This document shows, piece by piece, positions 1-11,776 of a stretch of 64,000 nt of DNA. The stretch lies in the NCBI RefSeq assembly GCF_003334335.1, contig NZ_QOWQ01000002.1, one strand, 5' to 3'. Source of the DNA: Escherichia coli (GTDB taxonomy: Bacteria; Pseudomonadota; Gammaproteobacteria; Enterobacterales; Enterobacteriaceae). The notes beneath the pieces are model-generated. The model did no database searches. It saw only the letters and a program-made list of their open reading frames with translations, and was not told the DNA's origin. Numbering within the stretch: position 1 is the stretch's first letter; every line of letters begins with the position of its first letter. A program made the position numbers and the translations under genes.

Positions 1-918
1 TGTGCGTTGGCAAACACCATCGATCAGCTGATTGTGATGCGTTTCTTCCACGGGCTGGCTGCGGCTGCGGCCAGCGTGGTCATTAACGCCCTGATGCGCG
101 ATATTTACCCGAAAGAAGAGTTCTCGCGGATGATGTCGTTTGTCATGCTGGTGACAACCATTGCACCGCTGATGGCACCGATAGTTGGCGGCTGGGTGCT
201 GGTGTGGCTGAGCTGGCATTACATCTTCTGGATCCTGGCATTAGCGGCGATTCTGGCTTCGGCAATGATTTTCTTCCTGATTAAAGAAACCTTACCACCG
301 GAGCGTCGTCAGCCATTTCACATTCGTACCACTATTGGTAACTTTGCGGCGCTGTTCCGCCATAAACGTGTCCTGAGCTACATGCTTGCCAGTGGTTTCA
401 GCTTTGCCGGGATGTTCTCATTCTTAAGCGCCGGACCGTTTGTTTATATTGAAATTAACCACGTCGCGCCGGAAAACTTTGGTTATTACTTTGCGCTAAA
501 CATTGTTTTTCTGTTCGTGATGACCATCTTTAACAGCCGCTTCGTCCGCCGCATTGGCGCGTTAAATATGTTCCGCTCGGGGTTGTGGATACAATTTATT
601 ATGGCAGCGTGGATGGTCATCAGTGCGCTGCTGGGGCTGGGATTTTGGTCGCTGGTGGTTGGCGTTGCGGCGTTTGTGGGCTGCGTGTCGATGGTGTCAT
701 CCAATGCGATGGCGGTCATTCTTGATGAGTTTCCCCATATGGCGGGAACGGCATCTTCGCTGGCAGGAACCTTCCGTTTTGGCATAGGGGCAATTGTTGG
801 CGCATTGCTTTCTCTTGCGACCTTTAACTCTGCATGGCCGATGATTTGGTCAATTGCATTCTGCGCAACCAGCTCCATTCTCTTCTGTCTGTACGCCAGT
901 CGGCCGAAAAAACGGTGA
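1..918 (+). CDS. bcr: Bicyclomycin/multidrug efflux MFS transporter, C-terminal ~300 aa; 5' end lies outside the window
   Basis: ORF 7..918 is in frame back to base 1; polytopic hydrophobic MFS-like sequence; position next to yejG matches K-12 order; hairpin terminator follows. Confidence 0.9.
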
Positions 919-932
919 TCTATTGCACAACG

Positions 933-958
933 AGGAAGCTAAAAGGCTTCCTTTGTTG
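933..958 (+). terminator. Rho-independent terminator downstream of bcr
   Basis: Inverted repeat aggaagc / gcttcct with 6-nt loop followed by ttgttg. Confidence 0.6.
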
Positions 959-1250
959 ATGCATGTCAACCACAAATCTATCATTCCCCCGATATATGTT
1001 TATTTTATGTAAAATCAATTTATGTAAAAAGTCACATCATTGTAGTTAAAAAGGTTGAGTTAGATCGCAGAAACGGGTACATATAGCCCCGCAAACGTGA
1101 CCACGCCCGCAGATATTACTTAAATCAGAGCCATAGAGGCCACGCAGGCGAGGCATCAATCTTTACGATCTGTATAAAGACGGATTGTTGATGATGTGTT
1201 AAAATTGATGTAAACAAATTGTGAAGTGAATGTGCTTCCGGGGAAAATAA

Positions 1251-1595
1251 GTGACTTCATTACAACTCTCAATCGTCCATCGACTGCCGCAGAACTATCG
1301 CTGGTCTGCTGGTTTCGCAGGTTCGAAGGTTGAACCGATTCCGCAAAATGGACCGTGCGGTGACAACAGCCTGGTGGCGCTTAAATTGCTTAGCCCGGAT
1401 GGTGATAATGCATGGTCGGTGATGTATAAACTAAGCCAGGCGTTAAGCGACATCGAAGTTCCATGTTCGGTGCTGGAGTGTGAAGGTGAGCCGTGCCTGT
1501 TTGTAAATCGCCAGGACGAGTTTGCTGCAACATGCCGATTGAAAAATTTTGGTGTGGCAATTGCCGAACCCTTTTCAAACTACAATCCTTTTTAA
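1251..1595 (+). CDS. yejG: Uncharacterized protein YejG (114 aa)
   Basis: 114-aa ORF matches YejG by length and sequence recall; sits between bcr and yejF as in K-12. Confidence 0.88.
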
Positions 1596-1598
1596 GCG

Positions 1599-3188
1599 TC
1601 AGCTCAACGCCAGTAGCTGACGCGTATACTCCTGCTGCGGTGTGGCAAACACGCGCGCGCACGGTCCTTGTTCCACTACTTCCCCTTGTCGCAGTATGAT
1701 AACCTGATGACATAACGCGCGGACAACGTGCAAATCGTGGCTGATAAACAAATAGGCCAGTTGATGCTTTTGTTGCAATGATTTCAATAGCGTCAATATT
1801 TGCGCCTGTACCGTTTTGTCGAGTGATGATGTCGGTTCATCAAGTATGATCAGCGAGGGCTTAAGAATTAATGCCCTGGCAATCGCAATACGTTGTCGCT
1901 GACCACCAGAGAACTCCGCCGGATAACGGTGGCGTGTTTCAGGATCTAATCCCACTTCATGCATCACGGCTATCACTTGTTGTTCGCGTTGTGCGGCAGA
2001 AAGCGTCGGCTGGTGAACCCGTAAGCCTTCCTCAATAATCTGCAAAACGTTGAGTCGTGGGTTGAGCGAGGAGTTTGGATCCTGAAATACCACCTGAATG
2101 CGATGACGAATAGGTAACAGCTGGCGGCGATTTAAATTTTGCAGTGGCTGACCGTCAAAGATGATGCTGCCCTGAGAATTAATCAGTCGCAGCAGCGCCA
2201 GTCCCGTCGTACTTTTCCCGGAACCGGACTCGCCCACTAAACCCAGTGTTTCACCCGCTCGTAGCGTAAAACTGATGTTTTTCACCACCACATTATGATC
2301 CACAATGCGCTTCAAAATCCCTTTGCGAATGGGGAAGGCAACCTGAAGCTGTTCAACATCCAGCAACGTTGAGGCAGGTTCTGGCAACGGCACTGGATCG
2401 CCTGACGGTTCACTGTTGAGTAGCTTTTGTGTGTAAGGATGAGTGGGTGATGCAAATAGCGTAGCGGCGTAATTTTGCTCGACACAGCGACCGTTTTGCA
2501 TTACCGCCACGCGGTGGGCCAGTTTTCTGACAATGCTGAGGTTATGAGTAATAAACAGCATGCCCATATTCAGCTCGCCTTGCAGTTCGCGCAACAGCTG
2601 TAAAATCTGCGCCTGGACAGAGACGTCCAGTGCGGTGGTCGGTTCATCGGCAATTAATAATTCCGGTCGCGTTAACAGCGCCATCGCAATCATCACCCGC
2701 TGCCGTTCGCCGCCGGAGAGCTGATGCGGATAATCTGTCAGCCGTTTTGCCGCCTGGCGGATACCAACGCGATCAAGGCAGTTAAGAATTTCGCCACGAG
2801 CCGCTTCCCGACGCATCCCGCGGTGGAGTGAAAGCACTTCATAAAGCTGTTTTTCCAGGGTATGCAATGGATTTAACGACACCATCGGTTCCTGAAAAAT
2901 CATGGCGATCTTATTACCGCGTACACCGCGCAACGTTTGATCGCTGGCGTGAAGCAGCGATTCGCCATGAAAACGAATATCGCCGGAGAGATATTCAACC
3001 GGCGGGGAAGGGAGCAGGCGTAAAATTGACAGCGCGGTAACGCTTTTGCCTGAACCTGACTCACCCACCAGCGCCAGCGTTTCGCCAGCCTCAATCTGTA
3101 GTGAAACATCATTGACTACTGTACGTACGGTTTGCTGATGGCGAAAACCCACCGACAAATTTTCAATCGCTAACAGAGTTTGCGTCAT
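1599..3188 (-). CDS. yejF: ABC transporter ATPase with two fused ATP-binding domains (microcin C/oligopeptide uptake YejABEF)
   Basis: Two Walker A motifs (GESGSGKS twice) and two LSGGQ-like signatures in one ORF; ORF-track start 3236 trimmed to internal Met (MTQTLLAIENL) giving 529 aa. Confidence 0.92.
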   Translation of the reverse strand: MTQTLLAIENLSVGFRHQQTVRTVVNDVSLQIEAGETLALVGESGSGKSVTALSILRLLPSPPVEYLSGDIRFHGESLLHASDQTLRGVRGNKIAMIFQEPMVSLNPLHTLEKQLYEVLSLHRGMRREAARGEILNCLDRVGIRQAAKRLTDYPHQLSGGERQRVMIAMALLTRPELLIADEPTTALDVSVQAQILQLLRELQGELNMGMLFITHNLSIVRKLAHRVAVMQNGRCVEQNYAATLFASPTHPYTQKLLNSEPSGDPVPLPEPASTLLDVEQLQVAFPIRKGILKRIVDHNVVVKNISFTLRAGETLGLVGESGSGKSTTGLALLRLINSQGSIIFDGQPLQNLNRRQLLPIRHRIQVVFQDPNSSLNPRLNVLQIIEEGLRVHQPTLSAAQREQQVIAVMHEVGLDPETRHRYPAEFSGGQRQRIAIARALILKPSLIILDEPTSSLDKTVQAQILTLLKSLQQKHQLAYLFISHDLHVVRALCHQVIILRQGEVVEQGPCARVFATPQQEYTRQLLALS

Positions 3189-3189
3189 G

Positions 3190-4215
3190 CTACACCGCCT
3201 TATTAGGATCAAATGCGTCGCGGACGGCTTCACCAATAAAGATCAGCAAAGACAATAATATCGCCACCGACAAGAAGGCGGTGATCCCAAGCCACGGGGC
3301 CTGAAGGTTATTTTTCCCTTGTAACAGCAGTTCACCGAGTGACGGTGAACCGAGCGGTAGACCGAAGCCGAGGAAATCGAGCGAGGTCAGGGTGGTTATC
3401 GAACTACATAAAATAAACGGTAAAAAGGTGAGGGTCGCGACCATGGCATTAGGCAACATATGACGCAGGATGATACTGCGATCGCTGACGCCAAGCGCCT
3501 GTGCCGCACGAATGTAGTCGAAATTACGAGTACGTAAAAACTCCGCCCGCACCACGCCGACCAGACTCATCCAGCCAAACAAGACAGTAATTGCCAGCAG
3601 CCACCAGAAGTTAGGCTGTACGACGCTGGAAAGTAAAATAATCAAAAACAGCGTCGGCATCCCCGACCATACTTCAATAAAGCGTTGTCCCCAGAGATCG
3701 ACTTTACCGCCGTAATAGCCTTGTAGCGCCCCCGCCAGCACGCCCATCACGCTGGAACAGAGAGTCAGCATCAGGCCAAACAGAACCGAGATCCGCGTGC
3801 CATAGAGAATGCGTGCCAGCACATCGCCGCCGTTGGCATCCGTTCCCAGCCAGTTTTGCCGGGAGGGTGGAGAAGGGAAGGGCTTATCGGTAGCAAAGTT
3901 GATACTGGTAGCACCAAAGCGAATCGGTGCCCACAGTACCCAGCCGTTATTTTCCAGCCGTTGTTTCAGCCACGGGTCCTGATAATCAGCCTGACTTGCC
4001 AGCGGGCCGCCAAAATCGCTTTCGCTGTAGTTTTTCAATAACGGGAAATACCAACTGCCGTCATAACGCACCAGCAACGGTTTATCGTTGGCGATAAGTT
4101 CAGAACACAAACTCAAACCAAACAAGACGAGGAAAATCCATAACGACCAGTAGCCGCGACGGTTATGACGAAAACGCGCCCAACGGGCCTGATTGACGGG
4201 GCTGAGTCGCGACAT
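3190..4215 (-). CDS. yejE: ABC transporter permease (oligopeptide type)
   Basis: 341-aa polytopic membrane ORF; stop abuts yejF start; start overlaps yejB stop. Confidence 0.92.
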   Translation of the reverse strand: MSRLSPVNQARWARFRHNRRGYWSLWIFLVLFGLSLCSELIANDKPLLVRYDGSWYFPLLKNYSESDFGGPLASQADYQDPWLKQRLENNGWVLWAPIRFGATSINFATDKPFPSPPSRQNWLGTDANGGDVLARILYGTRISVLFGLMLTLCSSVMGVLAGALQGYYGGKVDLWGQRFIEVWSGMPTLFLIILLSSVVQPNFWWLLAITVLFGWMSLVGVVRAEFLRTRNFDYIRAAQALGVSDRSIILRHMLPNAMVATLTFLPFILCSSITTLTSLDFLGFGLPLGSPSLGELLLQGKNNLQAPWLGITAFLSVAILLSLLIFIGEAVRDAFDPNKAV

Positions 4216-5309
4216 TAACGTCCCTCAAAATCAATACGCGGATCAACCAGCGTATAGCTGATATCACTGACAATATTCAGCAGCAGGCCAATCAGGGTGA
4301 AAATATACAAGGTACCAAACATTACAGGATAATCGCGCGAGACGGTCGCTTCGTAGCCCAGTAAGCCCAGACCATTGAGTGAAAACATCACCTCAATCAG
4401 CAGCGAGCCGGTAAAAAACATGCTGATAAACGTCGCCGGAAAACCGGCAATCACCAGCAGCATGGCGTTGCGGAACACATGTTTCCAGAGAATATTTTTT
4501 TCACTTACCCCTTTCGCACGCGCGGTCACCACGTATTGCTTGCGCACTTCATCAAGGAATGAGTTTTTTGTCAGCATGGTCAGCGCCGCAAAGCCACCAA
4601 TCACTGTCGCCAGCACCGGCAGCGTGATATGCCACAGATAATCGGTGATTTTCTGATACCACGGCAGCGAATCAAAGTTAGCGGAAACCAGGCCGCGTAG
4701 AGGGAACAGGTCGAAATAGCTGCCGCCCGCGAAGAAGACAATCAGCAGGATGGCAAACAAAAAGGCCGGAATGGCGTAGCCGATGATGATAAATGCGCTA
4801 CTCCAGACGTCAAAGCGGCTCCCATTATAAACAGCTTTGCGAATGCCTAACGGAATCGACACCAGATAGATAATCAGCGTGCTCCACAATCCGAGGGTGA
4901 TGGAAACCGGCAGACTGTCTTTAATCAGCGTCAGCACCGAGGCGCTGCGAAACAGGCTATCGCCAAAATCAAAGCGGATGTAGTCCCAGAGCATTTTGAA
5001 GTAACGTTCGTGGATCGGCTTATCAAAACCGTAGCGATGAGTGATCTCAGCGATCACTTCTGGATCTAATCCGCGTCCGCCACGGTAATTACTGTCGCTG
5101 ATATTGCCGACACCCGTTTGCGCATGGCTGGCACGAACACCTTCACCGCCTGCGCCGGGTAATACTCCGGCATTACCAAACTCAATGGCGGCGATGGCCT
5201 GGTCGACCGGACCGCCAGGCGCAATTTGCACGATGAAAAAGTTGATGGTGATAATCGCCCATAATGTTGGGATCACCAGCAACAGACGGCGAATCAGGTA
5301 AGCGCCCAT
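4215..5309 (-). CDS. yejB: ABC transporter permease (oligopeptide type)
   Basis: 364-aa membrane ORF adjacent to yejA stop; operon context. Confidence 0.92.
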
Positions 5310-7124
5310 CTACTCTCCCTGTTTGCTGGCGGACGGCAGTTTGGCCGCTTTATTGACGTCATACCACCAGGTATCGATACCGAGGCTATAGATGGGGCGC
5401 ACGGCCGGCTGGGAGAATTTATCCCACCAGGCGAGACGGTCTTCCGCCATGTACCACATTGGCAGCATGTAATAATTCCACGTTAATACGCGATCCAGTG
5501 CTCGCCCCAACGGCAGTAATTTTTCTTTATTTCCCTGCGCGGCAATAATTTGGTTGATCTGCGAGTCGATAACCGGGCTTTGCACGCCGGGGGCATTATA
5601 AGTGGAATTGATATATTCCGATGACCAGGAAATCTGTAAATCGGAACTGGGCCACGGCATCGCCCGCCATACGCGCGGCATCATGTCATAGTCGCGACTG
5701 CGCATGCGGTTAGTGATTTGCGAGTTATCCACCTTGCGAATGTCCATGTTGATACCCAGCCGTTGCAGGCTGTGCTGGAACGGCAATACCCACTGACTAT
5801 TGCTGCTTGCGGGAAGCAATAATTCAAAGCTGAGTGGCTGACCCGTTGTGGCATTAACGCGTTGCTGACCCTTCAGCACCCAGCCCGCTTCGTTGAGAAG
5901 TTTGTCGGCTTTTAACAGGTTGTCACGATCGTAGCCATCGCCTTTGGATACCGGCGGCTGGTAGATTTGTGTGAAGACTTCTGACGGTAGATCTTTTTTC
6001 ATTGGTGCCAGAAGCACCAGCTCCGCGGCGTCGGGGTAATTTCTGGCCGCGTATTCGGTATTCTGAAAATAACTGTTCGTGCGACTCCAGGCATTGTAAA
6101 ACAACGCCTTGTTCATCCATTCAAAGTCAAAGGCGAGAGTGATAGCTTCCCGGACCCGGCGATCGCTGAATACCGGACGTTGGATATTAAACGCCAGCCA
6201 ACGCGTATCCTGGGCTGATTCGTTCTTTTGCTCATCTTTGATGATGTATTTTTTATCGAAATTTTTACCGGTATAACGCGTGGCCCAGTTTTTGACGTCG
6301 TTTTCCATACGCAAATCAAAGGCACCTGCTTTAAACGCTTCAAAGGCGACATTATCATCGAGGTAATAATCGTAGCGAATGGTGTCGAAATTCCAGCGTC
6401 CACGGTTTACCGGTAAGTTTGCTGCCCAGTAATCTTTCACACGGGAATAGACAATATTTTGCCCCATTTTCCAGGACGTAACGCGGTACGGACCACTGGC
6501 AAGCGGAGGCGTGGCGAGCGGGTCGCTAAGTTTGTGATCCTTCCAGTACTTTTCTGGAAATACCGGCAGCGAAAACAGACTCAGCATATCTTCTTTGCCG
6601 GGTTTAGCTAACTCAATGCGCACGGTTAACGGTGCAATGGCTTTGACGGTGGTGCCTTTGTAGACCAGACGAAATTGCGGCACGCCTTCGGTCATAAATT
6701 TTTGAAAAGTAAACTCTACATCGCGGGCAGTAATGGGCGAACCATCATGAAAACGGGCGCGCGGATTAATAGCGACCTCCACCCAGGAATAATCGTCAGC
6801 ATAGCGTGCGCTTTCAGCAATCAGCGGGTAATAACTGCCTGGTTCGTCATCGGAAGTCGTAAATAGCGTGTCGTACAGCTGCTCGGTGCGTGCGCCCGGG
6901 TTGCCGCGCAGTGCATAGCGGTTGAAATTATCGAAGGTGCCGAGGGCTGACAACGTTATCTGCCCACCTTTTGGCGCGGCGGGGTTCACATAATCAAAAT
7001 GGTTGAAATTAAACGCGTACCGGGGTTCGCCCAGCACGGCAAAGGCATAGCTTTCCTTGATAGCCTGCGCCTGCACACCAAAGGTGAACAGAGCGATAAA
7101 CAGCAGCAGTATGCGCACAATCAT
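5310..7124 (-). CDS. yejA: Periplasmic oligopeptide/microcin C-binding protein of the YejABEF ABC transporter
   Basis: About 604-aa ORF with N-terminal signal peptide ([16 protein letters not shown]); start trimmed by two codons from ORF track. Confidence 0.92.
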
Positions 7125-7205
7125 CTGCAACGGATTTCCTTTTACTCATCATTAGCCGCAATCCGGCATGCTTTCACTATGAATAATAAGGGACGTAAGC
7201 ACACC

Positions 7206-8762
7206 TTACCACTGCGGCGTATACGGTTTCTTTAGCCAGCGAACAAAATCGTCCAGCGGTAACGGGCGGCTAATCCAGTAGCCTTGCATGAAATTAACGC
7301 CGCGTTCGCTTAGCCATCGCGCCTGTTCCGGCGTTTCGACCCCTTCAGCAACCGTCAGCATATTGAGGCGTTTCGCCAGCGTCAGCACCGCGTCAAGTAC
7401 GGGGGAAGTGATCGTTTCCGTACCGATGGCGTTGATAAATCCACGGTCAATTTTCAGATAATCGAGCGTAAAACGCTCAAGATAGATAAGCGCGCTGTGC
7501 CCGGTGCCGAAGTCATCAATAGCAATTTCTACGCCGACCGAGTGCAGCCAGGCGAAGAGTTGTGTGGCTTCTTGCTCTTTCAACATATCGCGCTCGGTAA
7601 TTTCCAGCACAATCTGGAAATGGTGTGCGGGCAGGGAAGTGAGCAGTTTCTGGATATCTGCTTTAAAGCTTTCGCTGTGCAGATGGTCCGGCGCAATGTT
7701 AATACCAAATTTGACGCCTACCGGCAGCACTTTTTCTAATTCTGCGGCATCGCGGGCAATTAACTCAAACAGGTGCTGAGTCAGCGGCACAATCATCTTT
7801 TGCGATTCGGCAAAGTTAATGAAGGCATCCGGGGGAATTTCTCCCGCGACAGGATGCCGCCAGCGTAGCAGTACTTCCAGGCCCGTTACTCGCAAAGCTT
7901 GTGTATCCACCACCGGTTGATACGCCACGTAAAATTGTTCGCGCTTGATGGCGGTCATGATTTCTCTGCCGGGGCGCATACGTACGCTCATCAGGTAATA
8001 GCAGAGCAGGCCAACGACAGTTCCACTCATGCCGCCCAGTAAAAATGCGTACCACACATCGTTCCATGTCCAGTCATCTGCATAAAGCCGAACGGTCAGA
8101 GGAATGCCCGCAATTTTAGTTTCACGGACTGGCATGTCGGTTAATTCGTTAACGTTCATCAAACGTGAAGAAAAGGTAGATAGCGCAGTATTGCCAATAA
8201 TGAGGGCGACGCCATCGTAATCTTCCTGCCGTGAACTATAAAAGAGTGAAGGCGTCAGGTTGAGATTCAGAGCGGCAAAGACGCCGCTATTTTTCAGCAA
8301 AGGGTTGCGATACCAGATGACGATTGCGGGTTTGTTCGGCACCATCGGCGTGCCGGGTAAGATCGCCATATCGACGTTTTTATTAATGTCGAGCGCCGGA
8401 ATCAATTCATTGAGTGGAATGTCCATCTCACCGGTCGCAGATGAACAGAATGTTTTTTTATCTTTCACCAGCACAAACGTTCGGACATTCATGCTAAACG
8501 CTGCGCGGGCGGTCAGTTCGGGGTTAGCTTGCTGGCAGGTATCTAAGGTCAGCGGCTGGAGCCGGTCAGTAGTGGATTTCAGGTCGGCAAAATAGGTATC
8601 GAGATACTTTTGTACGTCGGTAATCAGTGTGTCGTATTTGACTTCGTGCTTATGCCAGGCCACTAAAAACTGAAGGCAACTCACCAGTATCGCAATCATT
8701 ACGCCTGCAACAATGCAGGTAAGCAGGAGCTTACGTCCAAAATTGGGAGCGCGTATGAACAT
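7206..8762 (-). CDS. pdeN: c-di-GMP phosphodiesterase, membrane-anchored EAL-domain protein
   Basis: 518-aa ORF with N-terminal TM segment and C-terminal EAL domain signature (EVLLRW...EITE...DDFGTG). Confidence 0.9.
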   Translation of the reverse strand: MFIRAPNFGRKLLLTCIVAGVMIAILVSCLQFLVAWHKHEVKYDTLITDVQKYLDTYFADLKSTTDRLQPLTLDTCQQANPELTARAAFSMNVRTFVLVKDKKTFCSSATGEMDIPLNELIPALDINKNVDMAILPGTPMVPNKPAIVIWYRNPLLKNSGVFAALNLNLTPSLFYSSRQEDYDGVALIIGNTALSTFSSRLMNVNELTDMPVRETKIAGIPLTVRLYADDWTWNDVWYAFLLGGMSGTVVGLLCYYLMSVRMRPGREIMTAIKREQFYVAYQPVVDTQALRVTGLEVLLRWRHPVAGEIPPDAFINFAESQKMIVPLTQHLFELIARDAAELEKVLPVGVKFGINIAPDHLHSESFKADIQKLLTSLPAHHFQIVLEITERDMLKEQEATQLFAWLHSVGVEIAIDDFGTGHSALIYLERFTLDYLKIDRGFINAIGTETITSPVLDAVLTLAKRLNMLTVAEGVETPEQARWLSERGVNFMQGYWISRPLPLDDFVRWLKKPYTPQW

Positions 8763-8874
8763 GATTCCGTTAATTTCCTGAAATTACGACAACATTTAAA
8801 AGATAACAATGACCGGACTATAGCCTGGATCAAGACGCGGAAACATCATTTTCTCTGATGAATGAAAACAAAAA

Positions 8875-8894
8875 AGCACTGCCTAAGCAGTGCT
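8875..8894 (-). terminator. Rho-independent terminator of mepS
   Basis: 8-bp stem agcactgc / gcagtgct with 4-nt loop; minus-strand transcript continues into a TTTTTTGTTTT run. Confidence 0.8.
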
Positions 8895-8942
8895 TTCAGT
8901 TAACTCGTCAGGATAGCCAAGGGATTGCATCCAAACGGTTTA

Positions 8943-9509
8943 TTAGCTGCGGCTGAGAACCCGGCGTGCTTCGTTGTAACGCTTCTTCCAGTACGGTTCA
9001 TTCATGCTGGAAATAATAACACCACTGCTGGTGGAAGCATGGACAAACTGATTGTTGCCGATATAAATACCGACATGGCGTCCCGTTGAACCGGCACGGA
9101 ACAGAACTAAATCACCCGTACGCAAATTACTGCGGGAAACAGATTTACCCATTTCCTGCTGTTCGTAAGTCGAACGCGGAAGTTCTAAGCCAAATTGCTC
9201 ACGGAATGTACGCTGTACGAAACCAGAACAATCGATACCTTTTTTAGTGCTGCCGCCCAGACGATAACGTACGCCTTTCCAGTCAGCATACTGATCCATA
9301 ATTCGCGATTTTACGTCGACATTACGAACCAGGTTTTCAAATTCATCCTGAGAAGCTTGCAGTGATGATGTTTCACTACCCACTGCACGTGTCTCAGGAT
9401 GCATATTCTTTGCGGTGTTATTTGCACTACATGCAGAAAGCAGAACCGCTACTGCAATCGCGGGAATCCCGCGCAAGATATATCTCAAAATCGGTTGAGA
9501 TTTGACCAT
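8943..9509 (-). CDS. mepS: Murein DD-endopeptidase lipoprotein, NlpC/P60 family (Spr)
   Basis: 188-aa ORF with lipoprotein signal (LLSAC) and NlpC/P60 catalytic Cys context (GIDCSGFV); strong terminator downstream. Confidence 0.93.
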
Positions 9510-9920
9510 GTTGTTTGTTTTCCCTTGAAGTCCTTAACGACAAATATCGTTATAAAAAAATGCCAAGCGACACGAGACTAATTACCTGGGCATGTTGAAA
9601 CAATTCCTTAAGGCCAAATCTGTGGACTAACGCACAAAATTATATGCTGTGAGGATAATCTACCGCCGAGGCAAAACGAGTTCGAGATTACCCGATTGGT
9701 GCGGTCTTGGCGAGCGGTTTTACATGATTTTTTATAAGAAAAAGTGATACAGAAAGTTAATAAGCGGGGTTGGTCAATTAAAGTACAATTGAGTGAAACG
9801 CATGCAATCCATTCATTTACTTAGAGAATGATTTTTGCGTTCGATAGATGAAAGCACGGTGCGCATCATCAGGATTATCCTCACTATAAAAATAACCCTG
9901 ATGATGTTAATTACTGTGAG

Positions 9921-10634
9921 TTATTTGTTTTGGAAATGTTTGTTTTTTCCTGGTAGTGATTTGTCAAAAAAGGTGATTAATCGATCACTTAATGGCGTCA
10001 GCAACACCCAGGGCAAACCGATCAATATCACGGTCATCGAACCGACAATGATGTCAGTAAACCAGTGTGCGCCAATCATTACTCTGGGAAATGCAAAAAC
10101 CACAAAAATAATAAGGGCGATAAGGCCTGCAACTTTGCCGAAATAACGCCACATGAATGCCGAAAAAATAAGCAGCATCATGCCGTGATCGCCGGGAAAG
10201 CTATCTCGTGAGGCATCTTTCGTGGGAACAGAGAGCAGTTCGCTGACGCGGTTAATATCGGTAAAAGTCAATGTTGGGCTGGCCCGTTTTACAGGAATTA
10301 ATGCCTGACCCAGCTGGTTTAATACCACTGCAGTTAATAGCATGACCAGACCAATAATCACGATACGTCGTCTGCCAGGGGCGTTTTCTTTCAGCCAGAA
10401 ACTCAGCATCAACATACCCATCGCCAGCAGTGAACAACCGTCGAAGGCGCGATTGTTGGTCAATGCAACCAGCCACAAAAAGGCCTTACTTTCGACCAGT
10501 TTCTGATTAAAGAAATAAAAAATATCCGCATCAATCGGCAACCAGAATCCATGATTAACGGGGATATACCAGGAAAGAAACAGCGCGAGGCCGACAATAT
10601 TCAACAACACTATTTGCGGCAAATTTTTAATCAT
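9921..10634 (-). CDS. lpxT: Lipid A 1-diphosphate synthase / undecaprenyl-pyrophosphate phosphatase family membrane protein
   Basis: Polytopic PAP2-like membrane ORF; ORF-track start 10670 trimmed to MIKNLPQ to give 237 aa. Confidence 0.85.
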   Translation of the reverse strand: MIKNLPQIVLLNIVGLALFLSWYIPVNHGFWLPIDADIFYFFNQKLVESKAFLWLVALTNNRAFDGCSLLAMGMLMLSFWLKENAPGRRRIVIIGLVMLLTAVVLNQLGQALIPVKRASPTLTFTDINRVSELLSVPTKDASRDSFPGDHGMMLLIFSAFMWRYFGKVAGLIALIIFVVFAFPRVMIGAHWFTDIIVGSMTVILIGLPWVLLTPLSDRLITFFDKSLPGKNKHFQNK

Positions 10635-10672
10635 ATTTTCTCTAATTATCTTACTGAAAAACGCAGGCAACC

Positions 10673-11659
10673 TTACGCGGTAGTCGCTAAACGAAGCTTC
10701 AACAGCGCGCTCTGCAAGGCATTCCAGTCAGCTTCGCTGCTGGAAATCAGCTCAATACGGCTGTCCGGTGGCGCAACGTTTTGCGTTTCAATGTGCAGGT
10801 CATCGCCCTGACGGTTGATTCGCACCAGCCCTTCGGGAATACGCAGCACGCCTTTGACGCGTTCCACCGGTGCAAGTCGCGCCCATTCCAGAATGCCAAT
10901 GGTGTCGAATACCGTATCAGCGTCGAATATCCAGCCGCAGGCCTGATATCCTTGCCCGCTGTTCAGACTGCGACGCCAGCGTTGATGCTCTGGCAGGCTT
11001 AACGCTGCTAACCCTTTTTTCACGACATGCTGATGAGAATGCGCGGCGCTGGCGGGCAACTCGGCTAAATTGCGACGCGGCAAATCCAGAAGATGACCGT
11101 CAACTTTCCCATGCTCACTGTGAATTAATTGTCGATCGCCACCATTTTGCTGCCACCAACGCTGTAGCGCTTGCTCACTTTCGGGCGTCGTACGGTCGGA
11201 TTTATTGGCGACAATGATGTCTGCGGCAGCCAGCTGGTCACGGAAGTTTTCATTGCTGGCGCTTTTTTCGTCCAGCAGCAAGCGCGGATCGAGAATGCAC
11301 AAGGTGGCGCGCAGATCTATCCACGGTTCATAGACTGGTGCGGTTAACAGATCGAGGATCTGTTTCGGATGGCCCAGCCCGGTCGGCTCTATCAACAAGC
11401 GGTCTGGTTTTCCCTGACGCAGTAAGGTATTCAACCCTACCTGCATGGGTAAACCATTAACGCAGCACATGCAGCCGCCGGGGATCTCTTTCAGCAATGC
11501 GCCGCTATCGGCGAGCAAAGCACCATCAATTCCGACTTCCCCAAATTCATTAACCAGTACCGCCCATTTTTCGTTGGGATCTTTATGGGCTAACAGATGA
11601 AGAATCGACGTGGTTTTCCCGCTGCCGAGAAAACCGGTGATGAGGTTGGTCCTGGTCAC
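10673..11659 (-). CDS. yeiR: Zinc-binding GTPase, COG0523/CobW family
   Basis: N-terminal P-loop GFLGSGKTT and CxCC metal motif (GGCMCC); 328 aa. Confidence 0.9.
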   Translation of the reverse strand: MTRTNLITGFLGSGKTTSILHLLAHKDPNEKWAVLVNEFGEVGIDGALLADSGALLKEIPGGCMCCVNGLPMQVGLNTLLRQGKPDRLLIEPTGLGHPKQILDLLTAPVYEPWIDLRATLCILDPRLLLDEKSASNENFRDQLAAADIIVANKSDRTTPESEQALQRWWQQNGGDRQLIHSEHGKVDGHLLDLPRRNLAELPASAAHSHQHVVKKGLAALSLPEHQRWRRSLNSGQGYQACGWIFDADTVFDTIGILEWARLAPVERVKGVLRIPEGLVRINRQGDDLHIETQNVAPPDSRIELISSSEADWNALQSALLKLRLATTA

Positions 11660-11776
11660 AACGGCTCCGCAATACTCTGGTAAGTTAACTGAGCGTTAAT
11701 CCTGGCTAAAAAAGGCAGAAAAGAGAAGGGGAGAGCGGACGAAGGTGAGCTTCATCCGCTTTAACCGCAGAAATCG

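Noticed and set aside
9861-9903. 10-bp-stem inverted repeat (catcatcagg...cctgatgatg) just downstream of lpxT as a possible terminator
   Set aside because: Large ~22-nt loop and no U-tract on the relevant strand; cannot be supported as an intrinsic terminator from sequence alone.
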